A DNA stretch of 12,544 nucleotides from Octopus sinensis (taxonomy: Eukaryota), in assembly GCF_006345805.1 (NCBI RefSeq), contig NW_021826673.1, positions 1 to 12,544 on the forward strand, in the 5' to 3' direction. Below, piece after piece: positions 8,911-12,544 of the stretch (its first letter is position 1; each line of letters starts with the position of its first letter). The position numbers and the translations under genes are program-made. The notes below the pieces were generated by a model that made no database searches, was not told the DNA's origin, and worked only from the letters and a program-made list of their open reading frames with translations.

Positions 8911-8954
8911 GACCACTGGTGACGTCACAGAAGTGTGACGAAAGAACTCTGGCC
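8911..8954 (+). ncRNA. Type I hammerhead-ribozyme-like motif (variant core), probably from a Penelope-like element terminal repeat
   Basis: GACCA [stem I] CTGGTGA [core; consensus CUGANGA] C GTCAC-AGAAGT-GTGAC [stem II] GAAA GAAC TC [minimal stem III, UH site] TGGCC [stem I']. Deviations: A6 to G, an extra nt after A9, one mismatch in stem I, 2-bp stem III. Confidence 0.5.
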
Positions 8955-9104
8955 GAAATACAATTTATATAAAAGAAAGCTGAAGCAAGTGAACACCAAA
9001 TATACAGTGCGTGTGTTTTCACTGGCTAAACTGGCAAAATGACCGTCCCCAAATACAACAATATCTGTATCAACACACGAATTCGCATCAAGAATCTTGT
9101 AAAA

Positions 9105-9295
9105 CACACACACAATCACACACACACATAAAATGTGACCTTGCGTGTGACACATATATATATGATATATATATATATATATATAGGGGTGTGTGTGTTG
9201 TGTGGTTTGTCTGTGTCTGTGTGTATGTGTGTATACTATATATATATTATATATATATAATATATCTATATTATATATATATATACATACGTATA
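9105..9295. repeat. Compound (CA)n/(TA)n/(TG)n microsatellite region
   Basis: Read directly from the sequence. Confidence 0.85.
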
Positions 9296-9310
9296 TGCTT
9301 ATTTGTTTGG

Positions 9311-9662
9311 GGGATCCTATAGAGTTAACGTAAAATCTAAAAAGAACTGAAAAACAGAAAGAGAAATAAAAGAAAAGAAGAAAAGGAGAGAGAGAGGAAA
9401 AAAGTAAGAAATAAAATTCCAAAAAGGATACAAAAAGTTTTCGAGCGACCATTCTATAAATTGGTTCATTTAAAACAATTCCCTTATCGCCGTATATCGT
9501 CGCTCTAAATCTCCCTCTTTTCTTTTTTCTCCCTTTCGTTTCTTTTACTTCCCTTTTATTTTCTTTCTTTTTTCCTACTTTTTCCTTTCTATTTCTCAGT
9601 TTTTTTCTTCTTCTTTTCTACATTTCCATTGGGAACTTTCTACACCAGCTCTATAGAATACC
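9311..9662. repeat. Highly degenerate foldback or old MITE with a purine arm and a pyrimidine arm
   Basis: 9311-9335 GGGATCCTATAGAGTTAACGTAAAA matches the reverse complement of 9638-9662 (GGTATTCTATAGAGCTGGTGTAGAA) at 18/25. AAAAGAACTGAAAAACAGAAAG matches the reverse complement near 9585-9606 at 19/22. Inner pair GAGCGAC (9443-9449) / GTCGCTC (9499-9505). Confidence 0.5.
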
Positions 9663-9854
9663 AAGGGCAACCAATCAAATTTTGAGTTTATTTTCAGACA
9701 TCTTACTACATTTCTAACAGTACTTTAATTATACAAACTGAATGAAGAAATAATTAAATAAGTAAATAACTGCACGGTCATTGTTAATTTACCTGATACC
9801 TCATACCTGATGAATCGAAAGGTCAAACTATCAGAAGTAACGATTCTGTTCTAA

Positions 9855-10151
9855 TCTTTATATATAAAAGTGAGGTTGTCTGCTGTCTGTCTCCTACGAT
9901 TTAGATTCCTAACTACTCTCACATTTTGTGGTGCAGTTTAACCAAAACCGGGTATCTTATAGTCGTGATTCATATCGAGCCCTTCTGGGTATTAGCGCGC
10001 GTCTACGATGAGTCTACGATTTAAAAAAAAATTACCATCATTTTTTTCCATTTTAATGCATTTTTTTGCTATTTTTTGGCTATAACTCTCTAAAAATGCT
10101 TACATAGTTATTTCCCTTACAAACCCGAGCAACGCCGGGCGATACTGCTAG
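9855..10151 (+). mobile_element. Non-autonomous Helitron (297 bp), copy 2, internally shorter
   Basis: A|TCTTTATATATAAAAG...CCCGAGCAACGCCGGG (10124-10139)...CTAG|T; colinear with the reverse complement of 1807-2207 apart from a ~97-bp internal gap and a locally diverged stretch. Confidence 0.92.
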
Positions 10152-10278
10152 TATATGTATAAAGTATGTAGGAACTATATAGGCATACGAACAAGAAGAC
10201 GACTTTGGAGAAAAAAATTGGAATACACAACCATCATGGTTGAATTTGCAGAAGCCAGAGAGGACAGAGTCGATATTC

Positions 10279-10718
10279 GGATCTTTTCGGTTTGAACGGC
10301 AGTTTTTAACATAATTTCTAGGTAACTAAAAAATTTTAAACTTCGTATACTGGTAGAATGTGTTTATAAAACATCTTTTCCTCTTGGCTTTATTGAGAAA
10401 ATTCTATAGTTTGTAAGATATTTGTTGTTTTTTCTTCTTCAATTTCTGCAATTTCAACCAATCAATGACGTCTATTGAGTTAAAAAGCATTCTGTGCCGT
10501 ATGAATATGTCCCTCATTTAAGAAACAGATTGGGTTTATTTACATTTGTGAAGAAAAAAAAGATACCCTTCCCCCACCCCTAACGCTAACGGTAACCCTA
10601 ACTAACCCTAACCCTAAAAGAGATTGAAATGCAATAGATCGATTCTAGGGTCATAATTATGGGTGACAATTTCATATGACACCGCTAGAAAAAACTGCCG
10701 TTCAAACCGAAAAGATCC
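10279..10718. mobile_element. MITE (non-autonomous TIR DNA transposon), 440 bp
   Basis: Perfect 29-bp TIRs GGATCTTTTCGGTTTGAACGGCAGTTTTT (10279-10307 and 10690-10718). Flanking duplication CGATATTC (10271-10278) / CGATATTT (10719-10726). An 8-bp TSD would fit the hAT or P superfamily, but an alternative parse (terminal GGGATC/GATCCC, 6-bp GATATT) is possible. Confidence 0.9.
10578..10617 (+). repeat. Degenerate (CCCTAA)n telomere-like repeat inside the MITE
   Basis: CCCTAA CGCTAA CGGTAA CCCTAA CTAA CCCTAA CCCTAA. Confidence 0.8.
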
Positions 10719-11150
10719 CGATATTTTTCACCAGTTAAAGAAAACCAAATATTATGATTTGGTTGACGACATACTCACTTATCAACGGATGATATGCAGT
10801 CTCATTCTCCTTTGGAATCGGCTTCCTCGGTTTTCCAGCAAGATCGGTCCGCCATTTCCTCCTGTTCAAGCTGACCTGCTGAAGGTGACTGCAGATTAGT
10901 TTACTATTTCCTGCCCCCGCTCGGACGAAACGTACGAACGAAACTCTTGTGACTCTGAGATACCGACCGATGATACGGAAATGTCTCCGATATAGATTCG
11001 AAAAAAAAACTTGCAACACTGCGCCTTGAAATACCTCCGAGCAGCTCCTGAAGCTTCTCCTCTGAGGAAAGCATCTCCGATGTTTAATTCCTCTGAACAT
11101 ACGGATCTATTCTATCGAAAATATAGAAGTAGAATATATTTTCTACTTGC

Positions 11151-11383
11151 AAAGGCGGCGAGCTTGCAGAATCGTTAGCACGCCGGGCGAAATGCGTAGC
11201 CGTATTTCGTATGCCGCTATGTTCTGAGTTCAAATTTCGCCGAGGTCGACTTTGCCTTTCATCCTTTCAGAGTCGATAAATTAAGTACCAGTTACGCACT
11301 GGGGTCGATATAATCGACTTAATCTGTCTGTCTGTCCTTGTTTGTCCCCTCTATGTTTAGCCCTTTGTGGGTAGTAAGGAAAC
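11151..11383 (+). mobile_element. tRNA-derived SINE, family B, full length, perfect 17-bp TSD
   Basis: ATATATTTTCTACTTGC at 11134-11150 and 11384-11400; B-box-like GAGTTCAAATT at 11226-11236; homologous to 5992-6226. Confidence 0.95.
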
Positions 11384-11557
11384 ATATATTTTCTACTTGC
11401 TGTTTATATTTGACTGTCATAAGTTCAAATGACAAGGCCTTAAGTTCTAGTAACAAGAAAATTTCCGCTGTATTTGTCCATGTATGTCCATACAAGTGAG
11501 TCTGTATATAAGTGTTTCACTGTTAATGTCTCACCAGATGAAGGTTAACTGAAATAT

Positions 11558-11967
11558 AGGCGCAGGAGTGGCTGTGTGGTAAGTAGCTTGCTAACCAACC
11601 ACATGGTTACGGGTTCAGTCCCACTGCGTGGCATCTTGGGCAAGTGTCTTCTGCTATAACCCCGGGCCGACCAATGCCTTGTGAGTGAATTTGGTAGACG
11701 GAAACTGAAAGAAGCCTGTCGTATATATGTATATATATATAAGTGTGTGTGTATATGTTTGTGTGTCTGTGTTTGTCCCCCTAGCATTGCTTCACAACAG
11801 ATGCTGGTGTGTTTATGTCCCCTTTACTTAGCGGTTCGGCAAAAGAGACCGATAGAATAAGTACTGGGCTTACAACGAATAAGTCCCGGGGTCGATTTGC
11901 TCGACTAAAGGCGGTGCTCCAGCATGGCCGCAGTCAAATGACTGAAACAAGTAAAAGAGTAAAGAGT
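11558..11967 (+). mobile_element. tRNA-derived SINE, family A, full length
   Basis: A-box-like TGGCTGTGTGG (11569-11579), B-box-like GGTTCAGTCC (11612-11621), internal (TA/TG)n and GTAAAAGAGTAAAGAG tail. No convincing TSD. Confidence 0.93.
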
Positions 11968-12354
11968 ATAGTGAATCTATCTTCTCTGTCTGGCAACGCG
12001 TGTAGGAAAAATCTGCTGTGTTGATGACAATGTCTGGTACAAAAACTTTGTGCTGACGACAGCATGCGCAAAGATCTTTGCTCTGTTGGACGAGAACGTG
12101 TGAAGAATGAGTTATGCTATACGTGGAGAAAAAAATCTGTAACTGTACGGGATGCAAGGATTGTGATATACGGTGTGCAGTGGCATGCATGCTGGTGCAG
12201 CAGCATACAAATCGTTGAGTGGTTGAGAGTTAATTCAGTTAATTCTGTCGTACTCTAAATCCGTGTGGACGAGTTCGCATCACCGGGACGCCGAAAATAT
12301 TATTCATCCTTTATTTTCCCCCCCACACATGCACTTTAATGTGCATTCACTGCC

Positions 12355-12408
12355 ATATATATATATATATATATATAAATATAGATATATATATATATAA
12401 TATATATA
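12355..12408. repeat. (TA)n microsatellite
   Basis: Read directly from the sequence. Confidence 0.9.
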
Positions 12409-12544
12409 CTTAAATATAAGATAGTTATCCACCGCTAAGTGGTTAACTCTAGTGCTAAAAATAGCTCCTTTTTCTGTATTGTCTCCCTGGTTTTTTATGT
12501 GCTAAGCCACTTGGTGTTAAATGGATGGCATTATTAAATTAATA

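Larger units (their letters stand above)
8753..9058. repeat. Long inverted repeat: arms 8753-8884 and 8924-9058, 39-nt spacer
   Basis: The arms align at roughly 90% identity. The inner 42 bp (AATTGTATTTCGGCCAGAGTTCTTTCGTCACACTTCTGTGAC) are a perfect reverse-complement match. Confidence 0.95.
10155..11413 (+). pseudogene. Candidate decayed ORF of unknown product, interrupted by the MITE and the family B SINE
   Basis: After removing each insertion plus one TSD copy, one frame runs about 186 codons from ATG 10155 to TGA 11411-11413 with only two internal TAG stops. No homolog recognised. Confidence 0.3.

Noticed and set aside
8925-9452. Longest ORF (175 aa, minus strand) and the overlapping 9011-9322
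   Set aside because: They run through polypyrimidine, microsatellite and inverted-repeat sequence; composition explains the lack of stops.
9806-9826. CTGATGA ATC GAAA GGTC
   Set aside because: No room for stem II and no stem I pairing; likely chance.
1-12544. CRISPR array or prokaryotic operon
   Set aside because: No regularly spaced repeat-spacer units, no gene-dense organisation and no cas-like ORFs; the sequence is eukaryotic in character.

Overview
Eukaryotic, AT-rich, repeat-dense DNA with no confidently identifiable intact protein-coding gene, rRNA, tRNA or CRISPR array. The repeat families look like those I recall from Octopus (coleoid cephalopod) genomes; this is recognition from memory, not a database result. 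Contents: nine copies of four tRNA-derived SINE families, two copies of one non-autonomous Helitron, a 440-bp MITE with 29-bp TIRs, several decayed foldbacks, many microsatellites and a ~380-bp tandem duplication that looks like a long-read artefact. Most ORFs in the supplied track are translations of SINEs or microsatellites. The best leads are (1) a ~300-bp inverted repeat whose arms carry a type I hammerhead-ribozyme-like motif of the kind associated with Penelope-like elements (8753-9058), (2) a Helitron flanked by an unexpected 117/118-bp direct duplication (1690-2325), and (3) a ~186-codon decayed reading frame that appears only after a MITE and a SINE are excised at their TSDs (10155-11413).
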